DNA of 64,000 nt. Source: an uncultured delta proteobacterium. Lineage in GTDB: Bacteria > Myxococcota_A > Polyangia > Palsa-1104. The stretch spans positions 160,001 to 224,000 of the forward strand of contig CAWAWS010000016.1 in NCBI GenBank assembly GCA_963785725.1, read 5' to 3'. Made by a program: the position numbers and the translations under genes. A model generated the notes under the pieces. It was not told where the DNA came from. It worked only from the letters and a program-made list of their open reading frames with translations, and made no database searches. Below, piece by piece: positions 34,538 through 44,228 of the stretch; position 1 is the stretch's first letter; every line of letters starts with the position of its first letter.

Positions 34538-35149
34538 TGATGCCGTTGTTGCCGACGCTGCTCGTGCTCGCCGGCCTCGGCGTCGCGCCCGGCGGCGACG
34601 CCCCGAGCGCCGACGCCGTCGAAGAAGGAGGCGTGGCTGAGCGACAAGGCCGCGCGCACCGCGGTGCATTTGGAGCACGCGCCCACGCTAGGCGGCGCGC
34701 CGGTGTTGACGCTGCACAACGTGTGGACCAACGAGTCGCTGCCGGTCGTCCTGCAGCCGACGGCGAAGGGCGCGCCGATCGCCGAGCCGGCGGCCTCATT
34801 CGAGGAGCTGGCGCGCGATCACTACACCAACCAAGCGGCGCCGATGGACGCGCGGCTCTTCGACACCGTCGTGCGCGCAGCCAGCCAGTTTCACGCACGT
34901 TATGTCGAGATCGTGAGCGGCTTTCGCGCGCCCAAGTATCAGCTCATGCTGCGCAAGAAAGGCCACGAGGTCGCGCGCGAGTCGCAGCATCCGCTCGGCC
35001 AGGCCGTCGACTTCCGGATTCCGAATGTGGCGACGAAGGTGCTGTTGCGCTGGGTGCGCTCGCTGCATTTGGGCGGCGTCGGCTACTACCCGGAGTCGAA
35101 GTTCGTGCACGCCGACGTCGGCCGCGTCCGCTTCTGGCGCGGCCACTAA
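34537..35149 (+). CDS. YcbK/DUF882 (peptidase M15-like) exported protein, frameshift near 34610
   Basis: Signal-like MMPLLPTLLVLAG; then RDHYT, MDARLFD, IVSGFR, SQH..GQAVD, GGVGYYP..FVHADVG. Confidence 0.82.
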
Positions 35150-35766
35150 AGCGTCGGCGGGCTCCAGCCGTCGAGCACGCGCGCGACGAGCGCGAGCCGA
35201 TCTTGTCCCCAAAACAGCTGCTTTCCCACGGCAAAAGTCGGCACGCCGACGACGCCCGATGCGATCGCCTCCTCGGTCGAGTCGATGAGCGCCTGCTTGA
35301 TCTTGGGATCGGGCTCGAGCGCGCGATCGATCGTCGCAGCCGCCAATCCGGCGGCGCGGCCAATCGCGCGCACGACTTCGACGTCAGCGAGATCGCGATC
35401 GTCGACCCAATAGGCGGCGAACGCCGCGTGCACGAACGCGATGGCCGCCGCATCGCCGGCGTCTTCGGCCGCGGCCAGCGCCAGCCTGAGCGGCGCGACG
35501 GTGCGCATGGGAAAGCGCGACGGCCAGCGAAACGGCACCTGCCAATGGCTCGCCCAATGCTGAATGTCGCGCGTCAAATACGCCCGCTTCGGCGCCGGGA
35601 AGTTGTCGAGCGGCACATCCGGCGTGCCGATGCGGCGAAACAGCGCGCCGACCAAGATCGGCCGCCACCCGATCTCCGCGCCATGCTCGCGCGCCACGCG
35701 CTCGATCTGCGTCGCGCCCAAATAGGCATATGGCGACGAGAAGTCGTAATAGAACGTCAGCTTCAC
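35146..35766 (-). CDS. 2-hydroxychromene-2-carboxylate isomerase / GST-kappa (DsbA family)
   Basis: FYYDFSSPYAYL, WRPILVGALF, GVVGVPTF, FWGQDRL. Confidence 0.88.
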   Translation of the reverse strand: MKLTFYYDFSSPYAYLGATQIERVAREHGAEIGWRPILVGALFRRIGTPDVPLDNFPAPKRAYLTRDIQHWASHWQVPFRWPSRFPMRTVAPLRLALAAAEDAGDAAAIAFVHAAFAAYWVDDRDLADVEVVRAIGRAAGLAAATIDRALEPDPKIKQALIDSTEEAIASGVVGVPTFAVGKQLFWGQDRLALVARVLDGWSPPTL

Positions 35767-36350
35767 GCCGGCACCTGCCAGCCGCCGAGCGCCTTCTCGA
35801 CGAAGAGCATGCGATCTTGGCCCCAGAACAAGAGACGACGCCCCGCTTGCTCGACGATGAACGCGGGCACGCCGAAGACGCCGTCGGCCACGGCGCGATC
35901 GGTCGCCGCGTGCAGCGCCGCCTTGATCGCCGGCTCGTCGATGCGCGCGACCGCACCGTAATCGGCGAGCACGGCGCGGTCGGAGATGTCGCGGCTCTCG
36001 ACGAAGTGCGCGCGATAGAGCCGATGCATCAGCGCCACCTGCGCGGCGCCCGACACCGTGTGCAAGAGCCGCATGACGTCGACCGTGCGCAAGGGATGAC
36101 GCGGATGCATCTTGAGCGGCACGTCGTAGAGCGCGGCATAGCGCTGCAAGTCGAGCTGGCCGAGCGCGATCTTCGCCGCCGGCTGCGCGCGCGCCGGCTG
36201 GTCCGACTGCCCGATGGCGCGAAAGACGCCGCCCAACAATATGGGCTCCCATATGATTTCGGCACCGGCGCGCGCCGCCAACGCTTCCACTTGCGTCGAC
36301 GCCAAGTACGCATACGGGCAGACGATGTCGTAATAGAACGTGAAGCGCAT
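35763..36350 (-). CDS. Second HCCA-isomerase/GST-kappa paralogue
   Basis: FYYDIVCPYAYL, WEPILLGGVF, GVFGVPAF, FWGQDRM. Confidence 0.88.
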   Translation of the reverse strand: MRFTFYYDIVCPYAYLASTQVEALAARAGAEIIWEPILLGGVFRAIGQSDQPARAQPAAKIALGQLDLQRYAALYDVPLKMHPRHPLRTVDVMRLLHTVSGAAQVALMHRLYRAHFVESRDISDRAVLADYGAVARIDEPAIKAALHAATDRAVADGVFGVPAFIVEQAGRRLLFWGQDRMLFVEKALGGWQVPA

Positions 36351-36355
36351 TTGGA

Positions 36356-37576
36356 TTAGCGGCAGCTTAGCGCGGAATCGGTGGGCGCGTGGCAGCGCAA
36401 ACAGACGCGGACGTTGCGGTCGGCGAGCGACTGGCAGCGCGACGAGCCGCGCCAATCGGGCGGATGCGGGTTGACCCACATCTTGCCGACGGCGCCCGCG
36501 GCCGAGTTGTTGGTGGCGTGGCATTCGAGGCAGGTCTCCTGACGATGACAAGAGACGCACTGCTTGATGTTGCGCTCCGCCTGCCACTTGTGATGATTCG
36601 GTCCGGCCACGGGATCGGCCCAGCCGTTGGGGTGAAACTGCCGTCCCGTGCCGGGGCCGAACGCGGTCGTGCCGGTGGCGGCGTCGACGATGCCGAGCCG
36701 CTCGTGGCAGCCGAGGCAGAAGCTCTGCAGACGATGGCAAGAGTCGCAGCGCGGCTCGTTCTTGCGCGCTTCGATGGGGTGGATCGAGATGTAGTCGTTG
36801 CCGTGGAAATCGAGCGGCTTGATGACCCCGTTGTGGCAGTCGAGGCAGAACTGCTGGCGATGGCAGTTGTTGCAATACTTCTCGTCGTTGCCGGCGACGG
36901 CCGCGTGATGCGTGCGAAAATCGAGCGTGTGCGCATCGCCGCGCAAGTTGCCCGACGGCGTCAGCACCCCCGCCGGCAGCTGCGTCTCGAGCGTGTTGTC
37001 CGGCTTCATCAGGTGGCAGGTCGCGCAGCGCGACGGGCCGTGCAGGCTCCCGGCTCTCGTCGATGGCGCGTTCTTGTGCGAGTCGTGGCACTCGAGGCAC
37101 AGCGGCATCGACGGCAGCTGCGCGCGCGTCGCCAGCTCCAGCCGATCGACCTTCTCGTGACAGCGCAGGCACGGCACGCCTTTGTCGACGTGGACCGCGT
37201 GATCGAACTTCAGGCTCGGCGGCAGGATGACCGCACGCGCCACGTCGACGCCGACCTTGAAGCCGGGATGGCAGCGCGCGCAGCCCATGGCGTTCTTGTC
37301 GTCGCGCTCGGGATGCTCGCGCTCGATGGGATGGCAGGTCGAGCACGCCTCTTCGGTCGGCAGCAGATTGTCCGACGACTTGTGCGAGCCCGGCGCCTTG
37401 TCGTGGCAGAAGTCGCAGGCGATCTTCTTGGCCAAGTGGCGCGCGTGGCTGAACGTCAGCGGCAGCGACTGCGCGGGAAAGATGACCTCCGACGGCGCCG
37501 CGCTCGCGTTGTGCGCATGCACCATCAAGATGTGCAGCTGCACCACGAGGATCAACAGCTGATGACGCGAACGCAT
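36356..37576 (-). CDS. Periplasmic multiheme cytochrome c (13 CxxCH motifs)
   Basis: Signal peptide; CDFCH, CSTCH, CARCH, CLRCH, CLECH, CATCH, CNNCH, CLDCH, CDSCH, CLGCH, CVSCH, CLECH, CLRCH. Confidence 0.92.
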   Translation of the reverse strand: MRSRHQLLILVVQLHILMVHAHNASAAPSEVIFPAQSLPLTFSHARHLAKKIACDFCHDKAPGSHKSSDNLLPTEEACSTCHPIEREHPERDDKNAMGCARCHPGFKVGVDVARAVILPPSLKFDHAVHVDKGVPCLRCHEKVDRLELATRAQLPSMPLCLECHDSHKNAPSTRAGSLHGPSRCATCHLMKPDNTLETQLPAGVLTPSGNLRGDAHTLDFRTHHAAVAGNDEKYCNNCHRQQFCLDCHNGVIKPLDFHGNDYISIHPIEARKNEPRCDSCHRLQSFCLGCHERLGIVDAATGTTAFGPGTGRQFHPNGWADPVAGPNHHKWQAERNIKQCVSCHRQETCLECHATNNSAAGAVGKMWVNPHPPDWRGSSRCQSLADRNVRVCLRCHAPTDSALSCR

Positions 37577-39036
37577 CAAAATCCGCTCCACGGCTGCGAA
37601 CGGCGATTGCCGCGCGGTTTCTGGCCGAGCCAATAGGACAGATCGAGCACGGCCAAGAGGCGCAGCTGGCTCTTGTAGAGGCGATTGACGTTCTCCTCGA
37701 CCAGGCCGTGGACGATGACGCCGGGTGTCGGCGTGTAGCGCAGGCCGGCCTGCACGCCGAGGCTGTCGGCGCGATCGGCGGCGCGGATGTCGTCGCGGAA
37801 GTCGGCGTAGGAGACGCGGCCTTCGGCGAAGATGCCGTCGACGACGTGGCCGGCAAGGCGAATGCGCGCCGAGCCGTCGACGCCGGCGCGGCGGCCGCCG
37901 TAGCCGTCTTCGTAGTAGCCGTCGAGGCGCGCGTAGCCGCGGCTGCCGAGCTCGACGCGGCCGCCGGCGTTGCCGCCAATCGACTGCGAGCGGCCGTTGT
38001 CGTCGAAGAAGAAGCGGGCGAAGGCGCGCGCGTAAGCCGAGAAGCGGCCCCACGACAGGTCGTAGCCGAGGCGGAGATCGTCGAACGCCTGCGCGGCGAA
38101 GACGTTCCAGATGCTGTCGCCGTCGAACGTGGGCGCGGCCAGGACGTACTCGGCGCTGATGGAATGGCGGCCCAATTGGGCGCGCAGGCCGGCGTAGACC
38201 TCGTCGAGGCGGCCGACCAAGAGATCGTAGCGGAAGGCGAACCACGGGATGAGGCGGCCGCCGAAGAGCCGGCCGCGCGCGGTCAGGCCGACCTTCTCGT
38301 CGATGACGCCCCAGCTCGGCTCGCCGGGCGCGAGCGCGCCGCCCGTCGGTGACATGGTGCGATCGTAGGAGACGCGCACGGTCAGATCGCGCATTCCGAC
38401 GGTGCGCACGGCGACGCCGAACGTCGGCTGCGGCTCCTCTTCTTGGCGCGCGCTCAAGGAGCCGTTGGGGTTGCCGCCGAGCGCCGAGCCGTCGACGCGA
38501 TAGAGCGGCGAGTCGAAGATGTCGGCGCCGGAGACGGCCAGACCGCCCCAGGCTTCGGCGGCGACGTGAAAGCGCGTGCGCGCCTGGATGTGCAAGCCGT
38601 CGAAGGAGGTCCAGTCGTAGAGGTCGACCATGATCTGGCGGCCGAGCTGGAAGTCGAAGAAGCCGAAGAGATCGTTGCCGCCCAAGTAGGCATAAAGCAG
38701 ATCGAGCTTCTCCGGGAACAGCTCGCGCTCGGGCGTGCGGCCGGAGATGTCGTCGAGCTGCGCGAAGTCGCCCAGGTCGGCGTCGAAGCGCAGCGCCGCC
38801 GAGAGGTAGAACTGATTGTTCGGCAGCGGGCGGCCGAGGTCGTCGGTGCGGCCCATGTTGAAGATGGAGAGGCCGAGGTATTGCGTCAGGCGGCGGCGAT
38901 TGACGAGCGTCGAGTCGGCGGCGCGCAGCTGATAGGCCTGGCCGATGGTCTGCGCGTCGATCTCGAAGTCGTAGGCGTGCGCCGGCGACGGGATGAGCAG
39001 CCCCAGGGTTGCGACGGTGAATGCGACTGCGCGCAC
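37576..39036 (-). CDS. Probable outer-membrane beta-barrel protein
   Basis: Signal peptide ending AHA/YDF; many amphipathic aromatic strands; C-terminal Phe; TGATG-coupled to the cytochrome. Confidence 0.7.
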   Translation of the reverse strand: MRAVAFTVATLGLLIPSPAHAYDFEIDAQTIGQAYQLRAADSTLVNRRRLTQYLGLSIFNMGRTDDLGRPLPNNQFYLSAALRFDADLGDFAQLDDISGRTPERELFPEKLDLLYAYLGGNDLFGFFDFQLGRQIMVDLYDWTSFDGLHIQARTRFHVAAEAWGGLAVSGADIFDSPLYRVDGSALGGNPNGSLSARQEEEPQPTFGVAVRTVGMRDLTVRVSYDRTMSPTGGALAPGEPSWGVIDEKVGLTARGRLFGGRLIPWFAFRYDLLVGRLDEVYAGLRAQLGRHSISAEYVLAAPTFDGDSIWNVFAAQAFDDLRLGYDLSWGRFSAYARAFARFFFDDNGRSQSIGGNAGGRVELGSRGYARLDGYYEDGYGGRRAGVDGSARIRLAGHVVDGIFAEGRVSYADFRDDIRAADRADSLGVQAGLRYTPTPGVIVHGLVEENVNRLYKSQLRLLAVLDLSYWLGQKPRGNRRSQPWSGF

Positions 39037-39105
39037 CGGCCGGCATCGTAGCGGAGTCGGGGCGCGGGCGCGACAATGACGCAGCCGACGCGGCCGAATG
39101 CGCGG

Positions 39106-39159
39106 CGCGTCAGCGGGTCGCCGCACGCGTCAGCGGGTCGCCGCGCGCGTCAGCGGGTC
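39106..39159. repeat. 20-bp tandem repeat, ~2.7 copies
   Basis: CGCGTCAGCGGGTCGCCGC(A/G) at 39106 and 39126, partial copy at 39146 containing the kelch gene stop. Confidence 0.85.
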
Positions 39160-41090
39160 AAAATGGGCGCGGCGAAGACGGTCGTGCCGTGCAGCGCGCC
39201 CATGCCGACGCGGCCGCGCGGAATGGCGGCCGCGCCCGGACGGCACGACAGCAGCGTGCGCGCGCTCGTGAGCGTCAGGCGGCCGCTGCGCCACGCCAGC
39301 GTCAACGGCGTCGTCGCGCCGTCGGGCAGTTCACTGTCGGCGAGCGTCGCGCCGCTGCAGGCGGCGACGGGCGCCGCGAGCGTCTGACCGGCGCGCGGCG
39401 CAGTCACCGTCCACAGCGCCACCGGCTGGCCGGGCGCGATGACGACGAATGCATAAGCCGCGTCGGACACGAAGCCGAGCAGCAGCGCGGCGGCCGCGTC
39501 GCCGCGCCGGCCGGCGGTCAGCGTCAGCGTGAAATCGGCCACTTCGGCGCCGGCCAAGAGCGACCACTCGGCCGGTGAATTGTCGGCGCGCGCGGCCGCG
39601 GCCGTGACGACGAGCTGCCCCGCCACCGCCGCCGCGCGATCGGGCCGCCGCGGCAGCAGCGGATCGTCGGGCGTATCGAGCGTCAGCGGCGGCAGGTTCG
39701 CGTACGGCGACAGCTGCGAGCGAAAGTAGATGGTCGCGCGCGCCGACGGCACGCCGGCCGCATCGGCGCCGCCGAGCAGGAGCACCGTGCCGTCGGCGAG
39801 CAGCGTCGCCGTGTGGCCGCGCGCGTCGAACGTCGCCGCCAGCGGCGCGAGATCGCCGCGACCGTCGTAGACATAGAGCGGCCCCGAGCCACCGCCGGCG
39901 ACGAGCGCCGCGCCGTCTTCGAGCGTCGTCACCGTCGGCGCTTGGCGCGGGTCGGCGAGCGCGGGCAGCGGCAGCGGCGCTTCGTCGGGCGACAGCCACA
40001 AGGCCGTCGTCGTACTGGGCGCGCCGACGCCGCCGGCCACGAACGCCGCGCCCGTCGGCAACAGCGCGGCCGCGCCGGCGACGACGCCGCTGTCGAAGCT
40101 GCGCGCCTCGTCGGGATCGACGACCTCGGCCGGCAACACGGCGCCGCCCTCGCCCACGCCGCCGACGATGAGCACGCTCCCGTCGCCGCGCAGGAGCGCC
40201 GTGTGGCCCCAGCGCGCATGGTCGAGCGGCGGTCCGTCGCTGAACGCGTCGTTCGCCGGATCGTACAGGCTCGTCGTCGCCAGCGTCGCGCCCGCGACAC
40301 AGCTGCCGGCAGCGAGCTGCGTGCAGCCGCCGGCGATGAGGACGCGCCCGTCGGCCAGCGTCGTCGCCGTGTGGCCGGCGCGCGGGTCGGGCAGCAGATG
40401 CGGCTCGCCGACGAGCTCGCCGTTGGCGTCATGCCGCGTCGCGCCTTGGGACGCGATGCCGTCCGGCTGACCATCGGTGCCCGCCGACACGCCGCCCGAC
40501 AACAGCGCGCCACCATCGGCGAGCGCAGCCACGGCGTGGAGCAAGGCCGCGCGCGGCTCGAGCGTGGCATTGACCAGCCGAAACTGCGCGTTGCCGTCGC
40601 TGGCGTCACCATTCGGCAGGTAGAGCTCGAGGTTGGTCGCCGGGCCGTCGCCGTCCCAGCCGCCGGTGACGAGGACGGCGCCCGACCCGAGCCGCGTCGC
40701 GTGATGGCCGCTGCGCGCGACCGCCGGCGCCGCCGTCGCACACAGCCCGTCGGGTGGACCGAAGGCGACGCCGATTTTGCCGCCCACGACGTCATCGAGC
40801 GACAAGGGCGCCGTCCGCCCGAACGCCGCCAGGCCGGCCGCGCCGAAGCCGTCGACGGCGACGACGCGCGTCGCCCGTGGCAAATCGAGCGCGGCGTCGG
40901 CGAGCGCGGAGGCCGACGCCGTCAGCGGCGCCGCCGGCGGGAAGTCGCCGAGCGCCGTCACGCGCAAGCTGTTGACGGCGCCGGCGGCCACGCAGCGCGG
41001 CAGCGTGGGCACGATGGCCAGCGTCCGATGCGGCGACGAGCAGCCGGCGAGCCCGGCCAGCGCAAGCGCTGCAGCGACGGAAAAGCGCAC
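39150..41090 (-). CDS. Kelch-repeat (beta-propeller) lipoprotein
   Basis: Lipobox LAGC; repeats R.GHTAT.LADG.VL..GG. Confidence 0.85.
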   Translation of the reverse strand: MRFSVAAALALAGLAGCSSPHRTLAIVPTLPRCVAAGAVNSLRVTALGDFPPAAPLTASASALADAALDLPRATRVVAVDGFGAAGLAAFGRTAPLSLDDVVGGKIGVAFGPPDGLCATAAPAVARSGHHATRLGSGAVLVTGGWDGDGPATNLELYLPNGDASDGNAQFRLVNATLEPRAALLHAVAALADGGALLSGGVSAGTDGQPDGIASQGATRHDANGELVGEPHLLPDPRAGHTATTLADGRVLIAGGCTQLAAGSCVAGATLATTSLYDPANDAFSDGPPLDHARWGHTALLRGDGSVLIVGGVGEGGAVLPAEVVDPDEARSFDSGVVAGAAALLPTGAAFVAGGVGAPSTTTALWLSPDEAPLPLPALADPRQAPTVTTLEDGAALVAGGGSGPLYVYDGRGDLAPLAATFDARGHTATLLADGTVLLLGGADAAGVPSARATIYFRSQLSPYANLPPLTLDTPDDPLLPRRPDRAAAVAGQLVVTAAAARADNSPAEWSLLAGAEVADFTLTLTAGRRGDAAAALLLGFVSDAAYAFVVIAPGQPVALWTVTAPRAGQTLAAPVAACSGATLADSELPDGATTPLTLAWRSGRLTLTSARTLLSCRPGAAAIPRGRVGMGALHGTTVFAAPILTR

Positions 41091-41135
41091 GCGCGTACAG
41101 TATCACGAGGCGCCGGCGTGCTACACTGGGCGACG

Positions 41136-42842
41136 GTGCAGGGCCTCACTTTCGGCAAATACTCGCTCCAGGAGCGGCTCGGCGAAGGCGGAATGGCCGT
41201 CGTCTGGCGCGCCAAGCTATTCGGCCCCGGCGGCTTCGAGAAGACGCTCGTCGTCAAGCAGATCCGCGACGAGCTGGCCCAGCGCCGCGAGTTCATCGAC
41301 CTGTTCGTCGCCGAAGCCAAGCTGACCGTCTCCTTGACGCACGCCAACATCGTCCCCGTGTTCGAGCTGGGGATGGTCGAGGGCACCTATTTCCTGGCGC
41401 TCGAGCTGGTCGATGGCCCGCCCTTGTCGGAGGTGATCGACCAAGGGCCGATGCCGCCGCCGTTGTCGGCCTACGTGGTCGAGCAGGTCTTGCGCGGGCT
41501 CGACTACGCCCATCGGCGCGGCGTCGTGCATCGCGATTTGTCCTCGGCGAACGTGCTCTTGTCACGCGAGGGCGAGGTCAAGATTGTCGACTTCGGCATC
41601 GCCGCGCCCGTCGACGCGCGCGGCCCGGCCGGCGGCTCGCGCGGCTACATGGCGCCCGAGCAAGAGGCCGGCGGCGCCGCCGACGCGCGCAGCGACTTGT
41701 ACGCCGTCGGCGTGCTGTTGTGGGAGCTGACGAGCGGGCGCCGCTTCGACGGGACGTCGCTGTTCGTGCCCGCGCTGCAGACGATTGTCGACAAGGCGAC
41801 GGCCGCCGACCCGGCCGAGCGCTACGCGGATGCGGCGGCCATGCTGGCGGCGGTCTCGCGTTTTTTGCGCTCGGCGACGGGCGCGACGACGCAAGCCGAG
41901 CTGGGCACGCTCGTGCGGCGCCGCGCGCCCGACCGACCGCTGCCGCGCGACGGCGACGAGCGCGCCGACGATCGCGCGCCGGTCGTCGACGGTCCGCGCA
42001 CGCGGCCGATCGCGCGCGCCGGCAACGCCAAAGCCGTCACGTTCGCGACGCGCATCGGCGCGGCGACCGCCGACGTGCCGCGCTCACGCTGGCGCGCACG
42101 CCTGGCCCTCGGCCTCGGCGCGGCGTTAGCGCTGGCGGCCGTCGCGTTTGCGGTCCTGCGCGTGCGTTCGGGCGAGCCGGCCTTGCCGCGCCTGACGCGC
42201 TCTGCGCACCTCACGCTTTCCGCCGATCCCGCCGACGCCACCTTCACCGTCGACGGCAAAGCGGCGGCGGCGGGAACGCTCGAGCTGACAGCCGGGCATC
42301 ACGTCGTCGTCGCCAACGCCGCCGGTCGCGACGCGCAAACCCGCGCCGTCGACGTCGCCGCCGGCGCGACCGCGGCGGTGACGCTGACGTTGCCGCCGGC
42401 GCGCGTGCAGCTCATCGTGCGCTCCGATCCGCCCGGCGCCGACGTGACGCTCGGCGATCGGCCGCTCGGCCCGACCCCGCTCGACGTCACGCTGGCCATC
42501 GATCCCCACGCGCGGCTCAAGCTGCGCAAGCGCGACTATGTGCCCGTCGATCGCGCGATCGGGCCGGTCACCAACGGCGTCGCCGCCATCGACGCGCATC
42601 TGACGCCGCTGCCGCGCGGCGAGCTGACCTTGGGCGCGCTGCCGTGGGCGCACGTGACCATCGACGGCGACAAGCGCCCCGACACGCCGCTGGCCAAGGT
42701 GCCGCTGGCCGCCGGCGCGCATCAGGTGCGCTTGACCTGTCCACCGACGGGCCGCGAGCTCAAGTTCACGGTGCAAATCGAGGCCGGCAAAGAGACGCGC
42801 AAGGTCGCCGACCTGCGCGGCGCGCCGCGGCTCGTCGAGTAA
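41136..42842 (+). CDS. Ser/Thr protein kinase with TM and PEGA domains
   Basis: LGEGGMA, HRDLSSAN, DFG, YMAPE; TM; SDPPGADV..LGPTP. Confidence 0.92.
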   Translation: MQGLTFGKYSLQERLGEGGMAVVWRAKLFGPGGFEKTLVVKQIRDELAQRREFIDLFVAEAKLTVSLTHANIVPVFELGMVEGTYFLALELVDGPPLSEVIDQGPMPPPLSAYVVEQVLRGLDYAHRRGVVHRDLSSANVLLSREGEVKIVDFGIAAPVDARGPAGGSRGYMAPEQEAGGAADARSDLYAVGVLLWELTSGRRFDGTSLFVPALQTIVDKATAADPAERYADAAAMLAAVSRFLRSATGATTQAELGTLVRRRAPDRPLPRDGDERADDRAPVVDGPRTRPIARAGNAKAVTFATRIGAATADVPRSRWRARLALGLGAALALAAVAFAVLRVRSGEPALPRLTRSAHLTLSADPADATFTVDGKAAAAGTLELTAGHHVVVANAAGRDAQTRAVDVAAGATAAVTLTLPPARVQLIVRSDPPGADVTLGDRPLGPTPLDVTLAIDPHARLKLRKRDYVPVDRAIGPVTNGVAAIDAHLTPLPRGELTLGALPWAHVTIDGDKRPDTPLAKVPLAAGAHQVRLTCPPTGRELKFTVQIEAGKETRKVADLRGAPRLVE

Positions 42843-42845
42843 CCG

Positions 42846-44228
42846 ATGAAGCCGACGTCGCCCGTGCAGCGCAAGTCCGAGGTCTCGACCATCGTCGACC
42901 TCTTGCGCGCGCCACCGACGGGGCTGAGCGTCTGCGCCATCAGCGGTCCGGGCGGCGTCGGCAAGACGTTTCTGCTCGACTTGGCGCTGGAGTCGCTCGA
43001 TCTCGACGCCGCCGGCTATCTGCACCTCGCCGTCGACGGCGCCAACGTGCAGGCGCGCGGCGACTTCTTCGCGACGCTGGAGGCGCTGTTTCCGCGCAGC
43101 CTGCCGCCGCCCGCCGACAGCGGCAAGGACTACTTCCCGCGTCTGCGCGCGCTCGCCGCGAGCTATCGCGCGCTCGTGCAAGAGGCGACGGCCGAGCTGC
43201 AGAAGTCGGGCGCGCCCGAGCCGGTCAAGCGCGCGGCGGTCGCGCTGTTGAAGGTGGCCGGCATCGTCAACTCGCTGTCGCGGACGCCGAATAAGCAGCT
43301 CGCCGCCATCGACGCCAAAGTCGAAGACAAGGATCTGCACTCGACGCTCGATACGGCCTGGGATCTCGTGCGCGGGCTCGGCTCCTTGCAATCGAGCGCG
43401 CTGCGCATCGGCCCCTTGCGCGATCTGCTCGGCATCACGCGTCGCAACCGCATGCGCAGCGATCTGTATCGGCTGACGGCGCAAGAGCTGCGCACCGATC
43501 TGTCGGCGGCCATCGGCGGCTACGAGGCCAAAGATGTCGCGAAGTTCGTGCACGGCAAGATCCCCGGCCGCCGCCGCCTGCTCCTCGTGCTCGACGACTA
43601 CGAAGTCTTGAGCCCACTGCTCGCCGAATTCCTCGTCGGTGCGCTGGTCCCCGAGCTGGCGGCGGTGCGCTTCGACACCGTGCTCGTCATCTTGTGCCGC
43701 GACGATCTCGACACGACGCATCCGGGCTGGGCGCAGCACGCCAAACGCTACCTGCGCGAGCAGATTCGCCTGGCGCCCTTCGACGCCGCGATGGCCGCCG
43801 AGTTCCTTGCCGCCGCCGGGGTGCCCGAAGCGCGCCGCCAAGCCATCTTCGACGCCACGCAAGGCTACCCGTTCCTGCTCAACCTGCTCGTCGAGGAGTC
43901 GGCTTCGGGCGGCGCCGATTCGGCCCTCTTTTTACGCAAATTCTTCGAGCGAACGACGCGTTGGATGACCGAGCGCGAGCAAGAGTGGTTCCTCAAGATC
44001 TGCTATCTCGAGCGCGTCAACGAGGACACGCTGGCGCTGCTCTTCCCCGCCGACGAGATCGCGCGCATTCAGGATTGGTTCGAGAGCGAGCCGTCGGTGC
44101 GCGATCCGATGGCGGCCGACTTCCGCGTGCGCCCGCTCATTCGCGACAAGGTGTTGCGTTACGAGTCGATTCGCGCGCCGCGTCGCCACCAAGAATTGCG
44201 CGAGCGCGCCGCGGGCTCGGGATCGTAG
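42846..44228 (+). CDS. P-loop ATPase (AAA_16/STAND-like) without obvious effector or repeat domain
   Basis: Walker A GPGGVGKT, Walker B LLLVLDDYE, GYP motif (ATQGYPFLL). Confidence 0.75.
   Translation: MKPTSPVQRKSEVSTIVDLLRAPPTGLSVCAISGPGGVGKTFLLDLALESLDLDAAGYLHLAVDGANVQARGDFFATLEALFPRSLPPPADSGKDYFPRLRALAASYRALVQEATAELQKSGAPEPVKRAAVALLKVAGIVNSLSRTPNKQLAAIDAKVEDKDLHSTLDTAWDLVRGLGSLQSSALRIGPLRDLLGITRRNRMRSDLYRLTAQELRTDLSAAIGGYEAKDVAKFVHGKIPGRRRLLLVLDDYEVLSPLLAEFLVGALVPELAAVRFDTVLVILCRDDLDTTHPGWAQHAKRYLREQIRLAPFDAAMAAEFLAAAGVPEARRQAIFDATQGYPFLLNLLVEESASGGADSALFLRKFFERTTRWMTEREQEWFLKICYLERVNEDTLALLFPADEIARIQDWFESEPSVRDPMAADFRVRPLIRDKVLRYESIRAPRRHQELRERAAGSGS

Noticed and set aside
39106..39159. 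Possible CRISPR array
   Set aside because: Contiguous 20-nt units with no unique spacers and no cas genes.
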